A DNA stretch of 64,000 nt from Chrysomallon squamiferum (taxonomy: Eukaryota; Animalia; Mollusca): NCBI GenBank assembly GCA_012295275.1, contig CM022667.1:6696001-6760000 (forward strand), in the 5' to 3' direction. Shown here one piece after another: positions 1 through 13,811 of the stretch. Position numbers and translations under genes: made by a program. How positions within the stretch are numbered: position 1 is the first letter of the stretch; every line of letters begins with the position of its first letter. Under the pieces are notes generated by a model. It worked only from the letters and a program-made list of their open reading frames with translations. It was not told the origin of the DNA and did not search any database.

Positions 1-575
1 GTAAAACATTTTTTATCTACTTCACACTTACAACAGTAAAACATTTTTATCTACTTCACATAACAGTAAAACATTTATCTACTTCACACTTAAAATAGTA
101 AAACATTTATCTACTTCACACTTACAACAGTAAAACATTTATCTACTTCACACTTACAACAGTAAAACATTTTTATCTACTTCACATAACAGTAAAACAT
201 TTATCTACTTCACACTTACAACAGTAAAACATTTATCTACTTCACACTTAGAACAGTAAAACATTTTTATCTAACAGTAAAACATTTTTTATCTACTTCA
301 CACTTAGAACAGTAAAACATTTTTTATCTACTTCACACTTACAACAGTAAAACATTTTTTTATCTTCTTCACACAACAGTAAAACATTTTTTATCTACTT
401 CACACTTACAACAGTAAAACATTTTTTATCTACTTCACACTTACAACAGTAAAACATTTTTTATCTTCTTCACATTTACAACAGTAAAACATTTTTTATC
501 TACTTCACACTTACAACAGTAAAACATTTTTTATCTACTTCACACTTACAACAGTAAAACATTTTTTATCTTCAT
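1..575 (+). repeat. Intronic minisatellite, about 32-36 bp unit
   Basis: ACAACAGTAAAACATTTTTATCTACTTCACACTT repeated with variable T-run length. Confidence 0.95.
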
Positions 576-699
576 CACTTACAACAATAATACTTTATAT
601 ATCTGATTATTTGATATTACAGTAATATTTTTGACTGTACTACAACTTACAACAAATGACACTGTAAAGTGGCAGTTTTTTAGATCAAGGATGCTGTAT

Positions 700-1333
700 T
701 TTCTCTGTGTGTGTTTATACAAGTAGTCTGTGTTTCTGTGTTGTTTATAACAGTAAAACTGTTTTTTAGTCTGTGTTTCTGTGTTGTTTATACAAGTAGT
801 CTGTGTTTCAGGAAACACCTTTTATCTGTGTGTGTTTATACAAGTAGTCTGTGTTTCTGTGTGTGTTTATACAAGTTTTTTTCATTGTGTCCACCTATCT
901 GTGTACTGTTTCTGTGTGTGTTTATACAAGTAGTCTGTGTTTCTGTGTGTGTTTATACAAGTTTTTTTCTGTGTGTCAAGTAGTCTGTGTTTCAGTGTGT
1001 GTTTATACAAGTAGTCTGTGTTTCAGGATTGTGTCCACCTATCTGTGTACTGTGTTTCTGTGTGTGTTTATACAAGCAGTCTGTGTTTGTGTGTGTTTAT
1101 ACAAGTAGTCTGTGTTTCAGGATTGTGTCCACCTATCTGTGTACTGTGTTTCTGTGTGTGTTTATACAAGTAGTCTGTGTTTCAGGATTGTGTCCACCTA
1201 TCTGTGTACTGTGTTTCTGTGTGTGTTTATACAAGTAGTCTGTGTTTCAGGATTGTGTCCACCTATCTGTGTACTGTGTTTCTGTGTGTGTTTATACAAG
1301 TAGTCTGTGTTTCAGGATTGTGTCCACCTATCT
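700..1333 (+). repeat. 65-bp minisatellite containing the RANBP9 splice acceptor and exon start
   Basis: TTCAG/GATTGTGTCCACCTATCTG with AG ending at 1026, 1120, 1185, 1250 and 1315. Confidence 0.92.
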
Positions 1334-3566
1334 GGTACATCACGGGTACTGTTCTACTGCAGAAGCCTTTGCCCGAGCTACAGGACAGCCAATCACAGAA
1401 GAAATTACCTCAATTAAAAACCGACAGAGTAAGTATATTGTTATTAATAATACAGTTTTAATATGTTTTTTTAAAAGTATGCACATCAGTTTTAGGCACA
1501 ACAGTTGTATTTTATCCATAGGATTGTGAAATTGCAGTAATAACTTTATTTAATATTTTGGACAAATGATGTCTAGACTCTTTTAATATCCAAATAGTCT
1601 ATCTTTCCTGTTGATACAGATCAGTGTCAAACCCTTAGTTGTGAGAAATAAGAGAAAACTAATTTTAACATTACAGAGGAATGAAAACAGAGAGGGGAAG
1701 AGAGAGTGCATTTAGGAAATGATTAATATATACAACATATTATAAGAAATGCATTTAATATATATATTTATTTATTTTTATAATATAAGTTTTTTATTAT
1801 TATTAAGATTTCAGTATAAGTAAATGTTATTTTAGTTATATTTATTTAAATACAATCATGTAAATGAAGCTTTGATGAGCCAGTTCAGTGTAAATGTGTG
1901 TGATGTTTAACACAGGAATACAGAGACTTGTGTTAGCTGGGAGAATCGGGGAAGCCATTGAGGCAACCCAGCAGTTGTATCCCAGGTCTCCTAGAGCGCA
2001 GTCCAAACCTGCTGTTCACACTCAAGTGCAGACAGTTCATTGAGATGGTCAACGGCACAGACAGCGAGGTGCGCGGTGCTGCCATCCGCAGCCCCAAGTC
2101 CTGTCACAACAGCAGCGGCAACAGCAGCCGGTCCAGTCCGAGCATGAGCCCGGTCCACTTCGCCGCGGCGCACGTCGTGCATTCTCAGAGGACTGGTTCC
2201 CGCGGCAACAGCCCCAGTCGGGCCAACTTGAAAGCAAACAACGTACAACAGATTTCACAGGCAAATTCTCACAGTCTGTCGGATTTACGCAGGATCGAGG
2301 AGGAGATGAACGCTGCCAACTCAGAACATTTGTTAATGAATGGAACTCGCTCACAGGTGATAGACAGTGACGATGTCGAGATGATTGATGGGAAGGGGGA
2401 TGGGGTGGTGACGCTGAAAAATGGAAACCCTCAGAATGTTTGCATGAATGGCAGCGTACACGAGTGTCACACTGAAGACATGGGTGAGTGTTTACAATTT
2501 CACTGACACTGTTACAAGTTAATAACAGGTTGTAGGGCTGACAGTGGAGATTTTACATTGGTTGAAATTATAAAAATATTGCTTTTCAAGTGATATTTAA
2601 CCTCATTAAAATTATTTTGATACTCTAGAATTGTTTTATCTACAAACATTTTGTTTTTTACCTAAGTTATTTTTTAAATAATGAGCCATGTTAATTAAAT
2701 GATGTTAACGAGGTTGTTGTGTTGTGTAGAGGTGGACTCGCCGTCCAGTCGCAGACAGCTCTGTGGAGGAAGTCAGACTGCGATAGAGAAAATGCTTCGC
2801 TACGGCAGGGAACTTCAGGCAACAAGTTTACAGCTGAGAAGAGAATTTGGTAAAAATGAAGCCAACAAGAAAGCCCTGCAGGTAACACATTTCTGTTACA
2901 AAATCTCTGGTATGTAGTGTCTGCTGGTATTCAAAAAATCCTTATTGCTGTCATTAACAACAGTCTGTAGTAGAACTTAACAATTTTTGATTTGAGAACA
3001 ACATAGAAATAAACTTGTGTGTTAAATGTGAAAATGTACAAAACCAGTGTCTGTTTCAGGATGCGTTCAGTTTACTTGCGTACTCAGATCCCTGGTCAAG
3101 TCCTGTAGGATACCAGCTACAACCAGTGCAGAGAGAGAGTGTGTGTGCAGCCTTAAACAGTGCCATTCTAGGTAAAGCTCTGCTCTTTCTACATTTACAC
3201 TTTATTTTTACTGTCATGAGACACATCTAATCATAAATTGAGAGTTTGTTCATTTTGGAGGAAATGTTTGTACACAAAATACTGTTGTTCAATACAACAA
3301 TTGTTTTTTTAATTTTTTGTTTTATTTTGCAAAATCTTCTGCAAATGTTTTATTTCTTTTCTGTAATTTGTTATATTTAATTTGTTTGCAGATGAGCACT
3401 CTGCTGTAAGTTACAGTTGTTTCTGTTATTTTCAGAATCTAATGGATTGCCTAAGAAACCCCCGCTGGAAGTGGCTATAGCACATGCGAGTCAATGCATG
3501 AAACTCATGTCAAAGGAGTCGATAGGGACATGTGCATTTACCAGCGTCACTGATTATCTTCACTGA
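1316..3566 (+). CDS. RANBP9: Ran-binding protein 9/10 (CTLH E3 complex subunit), 3' exons; 5' part outside window
   Basis: GT-AG exons 1316-1428 (LisH: [20 protein letters not shown]), 1916-2483 (CTLH: [16 protein letters not shown]...[22 protein letters not shown]; +1 frameshift at 1981-1983), 2730-2881, 3060-3171 ([15 protein letters not shown]), 3436-3566 (ends [11 protein letters not shown], like the vertebrate RANBP9 C-terminus). Confidence 0.93.
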
Positions 3567-5590
3567 CACCCCCACTGTCTAGACCACCTAGCTTCAGACT
3601 CACACACACACAGACAAACATAACCACAGACACACACACACAGAGATAAACATAACCACAGACACACATACAGACACATACACACACACAGAGAAACATA
3701 ACCACAGAAACACACACACAGAGATATATTCATTTTTTGATACCCTCTTAAGAGACATACAGAAAAATAGTTTCAGACACACATACTACTGGAAATACAG
3801 ACAAGTAATGTTAGACACACAGGCAACTACCTTGAAAAACATCCACTAACTGACTCACAGTTTGCCTGTTAACAGTTTCAGATTAACAGACAAGCAGCAG
3901 TCACCTCGTTCCAGACATTGTGTTACTGAGTAGCTGACATACAAACAGGTGGAGTAACAGACATGCAGACAACATATTGAGTAACAGACATACAGACACA
4001 CACATACACTAATAGACATTCTGAAACCTAGTTACTGTGTAACAGAAATGAGGCAAACCAAGTAACAGATATACACACACTTAGAATAACAAACATACAG
4101 ACATTCAGACTCACTAAGTAACAGACTTACAAACATATTGAGTAATATACACACATGTGAGCTCACAGACATACAGACACATTGAGTAACACATGCTGAA
4201 TAAGAGACATACGCAGAGTAACAGATACTGAATAACAGTTACACAGTGAGTTTCAAAAACACACTTGCAGATGGATATGTGAAGTTTTCATGGATGCGTA
4301 GATATTTACAACACAGAGAACTGTGATTGAGAAAAAACCATCAACTTTAATAATGCCTACAATATTCACGCACAAGATGAATATTTTTTTTTTTTTATAA
4401 AACCTGAGATGATTAGAATCATTCGTGAAAGAGGATAGTAATAAAAATGTGATGATAAAAACATTTGACTTCACTTCTTTCATACACATACAGAATGTAT
4501 GAGCATACACCCAAACACAGTAACAAGTGCATGTATATGTATCTATAGGTATATCATGCACATGTATACATTATATTTCACAGACATACAGACAAATGTA
4601 CTAAATTTATATTGTATCTAAGAACATATATATATACACACACACACACACAAACATAAAAAGAAAGAAGGAAGATAAAAAAAAAAAAATTACACTGTCT
4701 GAAGTATACACTTTGATGAAGTATTACTCAAATTCTGTTGTTTTTTTCCTTTCTACGTTTAACCACAAGTTCATTTACAGTATTTCTGCAGTTTCTGAAA
4801 ATGCAAAATGCTTTCCACAAAATGTTAAAATGTTTACATTTTTCTTTCTAAACCCAGGACTCTTTGTTATTTTTTTTATTAATAAAATATTTAAGAAACT
4901 TTTACATTTATTTCCATGGTTAGTATGTTGCATACATACATGCTTGCACATAAAACATTCACACACAGACAGACAGACACATGGATGAAGCAGGTTACTG
5001 ATTACAAATTGATCTCATCTCTAACCATCAACTCTTAGAATGTCTTAATTTTCAAACAGGTATTTATTCATCCTGATTTTGTCTACTGCTGGCAAACAGA
5101 GAAATGTGTGAACTTTGAGTCACTTTATGAGTCAGTTTTGAGTCGTCCATATCTCTATGTGGTACCTGAGTAATTAACAAACAGATAATTGACGTGCAGA
5201 CAAGTCTTCAGAAAGTTTCAAGAAAAAAATTAAACTAGGGTTTTGACATGTTTTGTTTTGTAAACAAATGAAATAATGTTTTCTAACCAGGTGAAACATT
5301 TTGAAGACTCAGTTGTTTCTTGCAGTATCAGAGAGAACAGACGTCAGAATATTTGTAAAATGTTTCAAAGACAGTGAAGTGTTGGACTGTACTGGAATGA
5401 GTTTGAAATAACTGTGTAGTTTTCACTGTGAGAACTTTGTAAATTACACAGTATTTCTACTCGCATGACTTAAAATTTCCAAAACACAACCAACTTTTTA
5501 AAACAGCTTTTTCTTTGTGATTGTACAAACAAATATTAAAACATGTTTTTTAAATGCTTGAAATATTATAATGATTGTCATTGGTGTTTA

Positions 5591-5625
<35 letters not shown>

Positions 5626-7230
5626 CACCACCATCCCCCGTTTTTAGCTTTTGTTTCATATTTTTTTTTTTCATTTGTTTTTGTTTTGTTTCTGTGAGAA
5701 TGACTACTTGATGATAACCACAAAACTGTAATACATTTCTCTGCTGTCTATGCAATTTTTATACTGTTTGAAACAAAGGAAAAAAGAATATCTTTGTGTA
5801 TATGTTTTACAGAAAAAGATGGTGGTGTGATTTCTGTAACTAGAAAATGTTTACAAATCACTTGATTCTCACAGGAGGCTGTCAGCTTTTCTCTTGTTGT
5901 CACACAGTTCTTGTGTATCTGCTTCACGGGATTACTAGGATGTACACAGGATGCAGTTTACCAGGATCTGCACAGGATATTCATAGGATGAAATATGTAG
6001 GATGAGAATTATTAGAAAAAGCACAGGATACCATTTACCAGAATCTTCACAGGATATTCATAGAATGAAATGTACTAGGACACATGCAGGATAAAAATTA
6101 CTAGGATATTTATAGCATATTTACATGTGTATCCTAGAAAGAGCCAGTTTGTGACTATGGTAACCACAGAACTAAGTATGAACAGTTGTATCCTCAGCAA
6201 CAGGATGTTTGTGAGCAAATTTAAATTTGTTACTTTAGTTCTGGACCATTTTCATGTTACTCCCACCCCCCAAAAAAATAATTTAAGAACTGTTTAGATT
6301 TTTTAATTATCTTTGTTATGTTGCATAGTCATGGTTTGTGTTTTCTTGTTACAGTTGCCAAGATACACTGTGTTAGAATATGAAGAAAAGATTTTATGAT
6401 GATGTATATCAGTGACACCTTTATAGTGTTTAATTTATTTCCTTTTTTCAGGGCATTATCTGTTTATTTTTTATGAATACATCTAACAAAAAAAATAACA
6501 AAAGTGTAAAAGGGTTACATTTCTTACAAAGAACTAAGAAAAAGCTGTTTTATTTTCTGATCACCATCTTTTATAAACATTTATTTTTATTTTTTTATTT
6601 TTTTATTTTTTTTTTTTTATTATTATTATTATTATTTTTTTTTTTTTTTTGATATATTTAAATTTAGTCTAATTGTTAACTGTATTAACATTCATCTCTG
6701 ATCATGGGTTCAAATTTAACTGGTTTGCACACATTATATTTATCAGTGAACTGGGGTATCTGAAAAAATTTATTTTTTACTTTTATGTATTACTATATTT
6801 TCTTTTAAAATGTTGACTTGCTACATACTGAACTGAAACAACAAAAATTTTGTAGGAAATATTTAAAGATTTTTTTTTCTTTTTCTGTTAAGTGACAGTA
6901 GATGAACTGGGTACAAATGTGGAAGATTATTTACAAAATTGTTATTTATTATCAGTAAAGAAATTAATAATCTTTTTATGGCATCTCGAAGACACATATT
7001 TGTGCAAACATTTCCAAAAATTTTATTTATACATCATTAGCTACAAACAAACAAAACTAAGCCAGACAATAAAATTCTTTAAAAAATCAGGTCTCAGCTA
7101 CAGGTTATTTCAGTAAGTAATGTGTTGTTTGCTGTGTTTCCAATGTTTGACTGTATCGGACAAAATAAGTCAGTTCTCAGGATTTTAGTTATTCCTTTTC
7201 TTTATTTATTTAATTTATTTAATTTTATAA

Positions 7231-7266
<36 letters not shown>

Positions 7267-9524
7267 CATATCGTTGTTGACAGGAACAAATAGCCACATC
7301 AGGTCAGAACTAAAAATGTCTAATTTTTATCATCTTCATGTTTTGCTTCTCATCAGAAACTAATGGCCAATTTAAAACACCCACAGAAACATCTGACTAT
7401 TACAAACTTCTGTGTAATAGCAAAAACAGAGTAAAAGAAAAAAAGGTGGATATAAAAAAGTTATTAATTTTTATTTTTTAATCTCAAAATGTCAGCAGTT
7501 ACCTCTGAAGCTTTATAATTCTATTACAGATCTTGTAGTACTTTTGAAATAACATTCTACAGGAACATGAAAATTTGAATAAAAAATAAAATGTACTTTG
7601 TTCAGGTTGGTGTAAGGAGTACTGTCTAGAACAGGATAACTGCACAATGCATAAAACTGACACTGATGATGTAAATTTATTTTAAAATAATGTCAGCAGT
7701 TTGCTGGTTGAATGGATTATTTATTATTTATAATATTTGTGATGTTAGAACAGGAAATCAGGTTTTAGTAACATTCTATCTGCTGTACAGTATGAAAGTG
7801 CAGATGATTTAAAATATTTTTCTTCCAATGTTCTTCTGGAGATGTGTGTTTTTCAGTGAGAACATCTCTCATCCAGTTTAAGTATTATATTAAAACATGC
7901 ATGTGTGCATACATGCACACACACAAACACATATCTGGTATTATGAAATGTCTTTTTTTTACCCTGTTCCAAAAATTACACTTTTATTTTCTTTTAATTC
8001 ATTTATTCTGTTCTTGTTCTTAGTATTTTCTATTGATGACACACCAGAGACTGGTTAATTTAAGATTTATCTTTTTTTTTTTTTTATTATTATTATATTC
8101 CTGATACTATTACTACTATCATTACTACTACTGTTACTATCATTGCGCACTGTTCCCAGTTTAACTCAGTACTTCCAACACAACTCTGAAGACACAGCTG
8201 TGTTAAAAAACTGATGTATTTATTTTTTTGGTGTAACAAATATTATTCAGTTTTGATGTGTGGCTGACGTGATTAATTTACAAATGTAAGTAATGTAAAT
8301 ATGAATGTTTTTCCTTTTTAATAATAAATAATAATAATTTTAAGAATGTTTTATTAAAATCAGTGAAATTGTGAATATTTTGTTTGCGATGAATGTGTGA
8401 TAATGTAATAAAACAAGTTATTATAAATTTTTCATTGTTTTTTTTTTTATTTCAGATTAAATAAAAATGTTATCAAAATATCACAATATTTGAACAAATA
8501 AAATAAATATTAAAAAAAATAATAATAACCATATACAGTTCATCACATACCACAAAGGTTTTTTTTTAGTTGTGCATTAACAAGCTGTGGTATGTGGTGT
8601 CCTGATTTTATTTGAAAGGGGAAACTTTCCAGCTCCTCTCTATATAAATTAGCAACTAGGATCTTTTATATTCAACCTTCCTACTACTGGGAAAAAAACC
8701 CACAGATTAAAAAAACTCCACACACTGCATGTGATGTTACAGCCCACCACTGTTCACATTCTAAACAACCACCAAGCAAGAGCTGTTACTGTAACAGGTG
8801 TAAAAAGGGAAGTAACTGCTGAACAATTGTTCTGTAATGTAAACGAAATTTGCAAATTTTATAAAATTATTATAAAAGTGAGAAATGATTATTTTATGTG
8901 AATGAACCACTTAATGCTTGTCTTAGAATTTAACATTACAAAGTATCGGGCTTTTTCTTTCATCTTCTTGAATACATTTTCTTTCATACAAATTACAACT
9001 AATTTCTAAACAACAGTTTATTAAAACAAATAATGACATCTCTTGGTAGAAATAAATATAAATATTTTCTCTTGAGGATTAAGAAGATGCTGGATATATA
9101 AATATTTTAAATTTCTAACTTCAGTGAGAAAAGAAAAAAGACTGACAACATGAAATGCTGATATTAAAATTGTTAACAACTAGTCAGACATTCTGAACAC
9201 TTCAGATCAACTAAGATTTATGTTCTCATTTTACATTTTCTAAATGTACAGAGATTTAACTTAACAATATCACAACTGTATCTTGCTGTAGAAGAACAGA
9301 AAATAAGACTTAATTAGTTTTTAAAACATACAACAACACTATCAATAGCACTTTTGTTATGGTTAAAATTCCTTCATAAAAATATGTAAGATCATTTAAA
9401 TATTTAATTTGTTTTATATTAATTAACTTTTTACTTTTTCTTTCTTTTTACATTTTTTTTTTTTGTTTTTGTGGGAAATTTAAAAATCTTTACAATGTTT
9501 TCAAACTCCTAATAGGTAAAGTTT

Positions 9525-11773
9525 TTAATTTCTTTTCTTCTTTTTGTCTTGACCTACTCCTTTCATCTGTTCAAAGCGAGCAATCTGTTCCTCCTGAGTC
9601 TCGGGCAGGGCAGGGCAGTACCGACTGTACTCCATGGTAAACTCCCCCTTCCCCTGCGTCAGTGACCTCAGCTCGGTGGCGTAACCGAACATCTCGTTGA
9701 GGGGAACCTCGCAGAACACAGAGAAGTAGCCCTCCACTGAGTCCGTCCCGTGATGATCGCGTGTCTCTTCGACAGACCGGCCATCACCTGACCCTGGAAC
9801 TCAAGAGGAGCCGTGGCCTCGACCAGCATCACCGGCTCAAGCAGCAGCCACTGTCCAGTCTGGTACATCTCTTTGACAGCCATCTCCGCGGCCGTCTGGA
9901 AAGCGAGATCGCTGGAGTCCACGGGGTGGTGGTTGCCGTCTATCAGCCGCAGCCTCACTCCCGCCACTTTGTGTCCTGTCAGTGCTCCTTTCTCACACGC
10001 TCGTCGGAAACCCTTCTCTATCGAAGGAATGAACTGTTTCGGGATGTTTGTTCCAGCAGTCTCGTCCAAAAACTCAACCTTCGTGTTTTCTTCAGGAGGC
10101 AAGGGTTCCATGACCCCAATGACCCGACCATACTGACCTTGACCGCCAGTCTGTTTCTTGTGCAGGTAGTCAAACTCAACAGGTTCAACAAGAGATTCCC
10201 TGAAAGCAACTTTAGGTTTGCCCAATGTGCAAGCAGCATTGTATTCACGCTCCAACCGTTGTGCGTAAACATCAAGGTGCAATTCTCCCATTCCGGATGC
10301 AATTGTCTCTTTGCTGTCATCATCCCAGTGGATTCTGAAGGTTGGATCCTCCTTTGTGAATCTGGCAATACCTTTTGAAAAATTATCTGCATCTTGCTGT
10401 TTAGTTGGTTTTATAGACATTGATATAACTGGCTCAGGAACAAACATCGATTCCATTGACAAGTGCAAATTTCCCTTGTTTACAAAAGTGTCTCCACTGG
10501 CACAGTCAATACCAAACAGAGCACAGATGTCTCCTGCATAAGCCTCATTAATGTCTTCCATTTCATCAGCATTCATTCTCACAAGTCTCGACACTTTGGT
10601 CTTTCTCTCAGTTCTCGTGTTGAAAATTGTGTCACCTTTTTTCAAGCCACCTTGATACACTCGTAAATACGTCAGCTGTCCAAACCGCCCTGCCTCCAGC
10701 TTGAAAGCGAGTCCAATAAAAGATTTGTTGTAGTCTCGCGCAGGATCCATTAACACTTTCACTGCTTTGTCTATTCCCTGTGAATTGTCCATGCAGTAGT
10801 TCTTCACTTCAGATGGATTAGGTAAGTAACTGACCACTGCATCCAGCAATAACTGAACACCTTTGTTTTTTAGAGCTGTGCCCATCATGACTGGGATGAA
10901 TGTGCGCTTTATACAGCTCCTTCTTATTGCAGCTGTGATGTCAGCTTCTGTAGGAGTCTTTTCCTCAAGAAACATCTCACCAATTCGTTCATCAGCATTA
11001 GCAATGTGCTCTATCATCTCCTGACGCTTTTCTAAAGCTTCTGTTCTCATTTCTGGTGGAATTTCCTCTTCTATCAATTTTATACCCAGTGGTTCTTCGA
11101 AGTACACTGCTTTCTGGTGAATTAAGTCTATTATGCCTTTGTGCTTTGACTCGAGGCCGATAGGTAACTGAATGAATGCGGCATTGTGTCCTAGCTTTGA
11201 TCGAAGGTGTGAGAGTACTCTGTATGGATTGGATCCCTGTCTGTCCAGTTTGTTGATGAACGCTATGAATGGTACATCATATCTCTTCATCTGACGATTT
11301 ACCGTGAATGTCTGCGACTGAACACCACCAACGGCACACAAAACCAATACAGCGCCGTCAAGCACGCGCAATGCACGTTCTACTTCGACTGTGAAATCGA
11401 CGTGACCGGGAGTGTCAATAATGTTAATGGTAATGTCTTTCCAAGACACATACGTTGCTGCTGACTGAATAGTTATACCTCTTTGTCGTTCTAGTTCCAT
11501 AAAGTCCATTTTAGCGCCTACCTGATCTTTACCTTTGACTTCATGCATTTCTGCCAAACGACCTGTGTAAAACAGTAGTCGTTCTGTCAATGTTGTTTTT
11601 CCCGAGTCGATGTGAGCGGAAATTCCAATGTTTCGTATTTTTGTGACATCTTCTTCTACCTCGCCCACTCTTCTCACAGAGTAAAATACTGCCTGTAAAT
11701 TCCTTGTCTGTTTTATTTGCCGTAAAAGTAACAAGCGAGTCAATGCACATGGCATCATCTTGGCGACCCTCAT
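9525..11773 (-). CDS. GFM1: Mitochondrial elongation factor G1, intronless; one-base frameshift near 9747-9749
   Basis: ORF 9668-11773 has an N-terminal presequence-like stretch and [30 protein letters not shown] motifs. The C-terminus ([28 protein letters not shown]) continues in ORF 9525-9737; adding one G to ACG GG ACG joins the frames. Confidence 0.96.
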
Positions 11774-12170
11774 TGCTAACGGAAGTCACGTTCACTGTCA
11801 AAAGAATCACTTAAGGGGAGATAACCAGCCTTCACATTAAAGGAAATCGTTTTATTTTGACATTTTCGTGGAAAACGAGGAATAACTTTTTGGAGCGTGT
11901 CCAGTGACTTTTTGCCGTTCTAACATTTAGTCAGACATATTTAAATTTCTCAGCAATCAACATACTCATCTCTTACCGGTAATTACAAATAATGTAAACT
12001 GTTATTTAATAACTAAAACGAAGAAAGATAGTTTTTACAGTTTATTTTGATGGTATAATTTCTTTCTTTTCGTTTACAGCTTCTCTTTCAAAAACTATTT
12101 AATTACTTCAGTTCACCGTTGTTTAGACTTTCTTAATAAATCAGTTACTTAAAACAGTATCAACAAACAG
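11774..12170. promoter_or_regulatory. Probable bidirectional promoter of GFM1 and DCAF11
   Basis: Head-to-head genes; CpG-containing region with an ETS-like CGGAAGT at about 11780 and GGGAGATAAC at about 11816; candidate + strand 5'UTR donor CAG/GTATGT at 12170-12171. Confidence 0.55.
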
Positions 12171-12327
12171 GTATGTGTAACAGCTAGTATTCAGCACAAA
12201 TGAATTTGTTCAACAACTTGGTTGATCAAATTTGTCTTTCCATATGAATAAGTATAGGTAGAACTGTATTTTAACCATAACGCAGTTTTAACATCATCAT
12301 TCATAATACTTGTCATTGTTGCTGTTC

Positions 12328-12380
<53 letters not shown>

Positions 12381-13084
12381 TTATTATTGTTGATGTTGTT
12401 GTTGTTTTTGTTTTCCTAACTTTTATTTAATAAACATATGTCCTATTGGCAGTTTGTTGTCACTGTCAGTTTACTCAAGATGGAATTATTAGCACTTAAA
12501 GAGTAATAAATAATGGCATTTTCAGAAATTATAAAAAGTGACAACAGTTATATTAAATTAATTTTGTTTCAAGAATATATATTAAAATATATCTGACCAA
12601 TTAAACCCATAATAAATACAACAATATAGATAATTTTAAAAAATAACATTATACAGTTCAGTATCATCTAGACACATGTAAATTTTTAAATATATGCTTA
12701 TGTGTGTGTGCTTTCTAACATTTTGTAAATGAATGTGTATATGTGTCATTGTGTAAGTTGTTTCTGCAGGCATATAATTAATTAGTTATAAAATGGTTAG
12801 GAAATGTAAAATGATAGAATAAAAATTATTTGAAATAAAAATATTTCTATAATTTATAAAGGCTTAACTCATCAGTTTAATATTTATTTTTTAGAAAATT
12901 AGTACTACATTGATACATACGTATTTAAAGAGGCAACTTAATCCAAAAAAAAAAAATAATAATTATAAATAATCAGCAACAAGGAAGTTTATAAAAAAAA
13001 AAAAAGAAACGTTTGAAATATTTATCTGCACACTAACAACATTTTTCTGTAGTATGATATTTTGTTTACGGTGAAGAGTGTAAG

Positions 13085-13232
13085 AGATGACACTTGTCTA
13101 GTGTGATGTTTTGTTTGCAGAGTTGAGAGATGACACTTGTAGAATCTAGTGTGATGTTTTGTTTGCAGAGTTGAGAGATGACACTTGTAGAATCTAGTCT
13201 GATGTTTTGTTTGCAGAGTTGAGAGATGACAC
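13085..13232 (+). repeat. About 48-bp tandem triplication over the acceptor of the DCAF11 start-codon exon
   Basis: GATGTTTTGTTTGCAG/AGTTGAGAGATGACACT three times. Confidence 0.9.
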
Positions 13233-13267
13233 TCAGCAGCTGAGTCCCACCATGGTGGAAAGTCTTG

Positions 13268-13404
13268 ATGGGTTCTAACCATTCCCGCCGGAGGAGAATG
13301 TCTAACACTGAAAACCACGAAGAAAACAACTTGAGTAACCATGACGATGGAGACCAAGATCTGCCTTCAATCCTAGCTTACCTCATTAGAAGGTGAGAGT
13401 TAAA

Positions 13405-13440
<36 letters not shown>

Positions 13441-13441
13441 G

Positions 13442-13515
<74 letters not shown>

Positions 13516-13539
13516 CCTTACTTACTTACTTACTTAGTT

Positions 13540-13575
<36 letters not shown>

Positions 13576-13579
13576 GTTC

Positions 13580-13627
<48 letters not shown>

Positions 13628-13780
13628 TTTAGAGAAGAATTATATAAATTATTATCAAGATCAAGTTACTATTTTTGTTGTAATACAAATTATATCATCA
13701 TCATTACTGGCACTGGAAGATGATATAAATTATTATCAAGATCAAGTTATTGTAATAAAATTATATAATAATAATAATAG

Positions 13781-13811
<31 letters not shown>

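Noticed and set aside
9735-9755. Programmed ribosomal frameshift in GFM1
   Set aside because: No slippery heptamer, and the same kind of indel recurs in other genes of the window.
9761-10666. Antisense and alternative-frame ORFs over GFM1
   Set aside because: Expected by-products of GC-rich coding sequence; no recognisable motifs.
9525-11773. Bacterial fusA by horizontal transfer or contamination
   Set aside because: N-terminal presequence-like extension and [12 protein letters not shown]-type sequence fit eukaryotic mitochondrial EF-G1; flanks are continuous host-like DNA.
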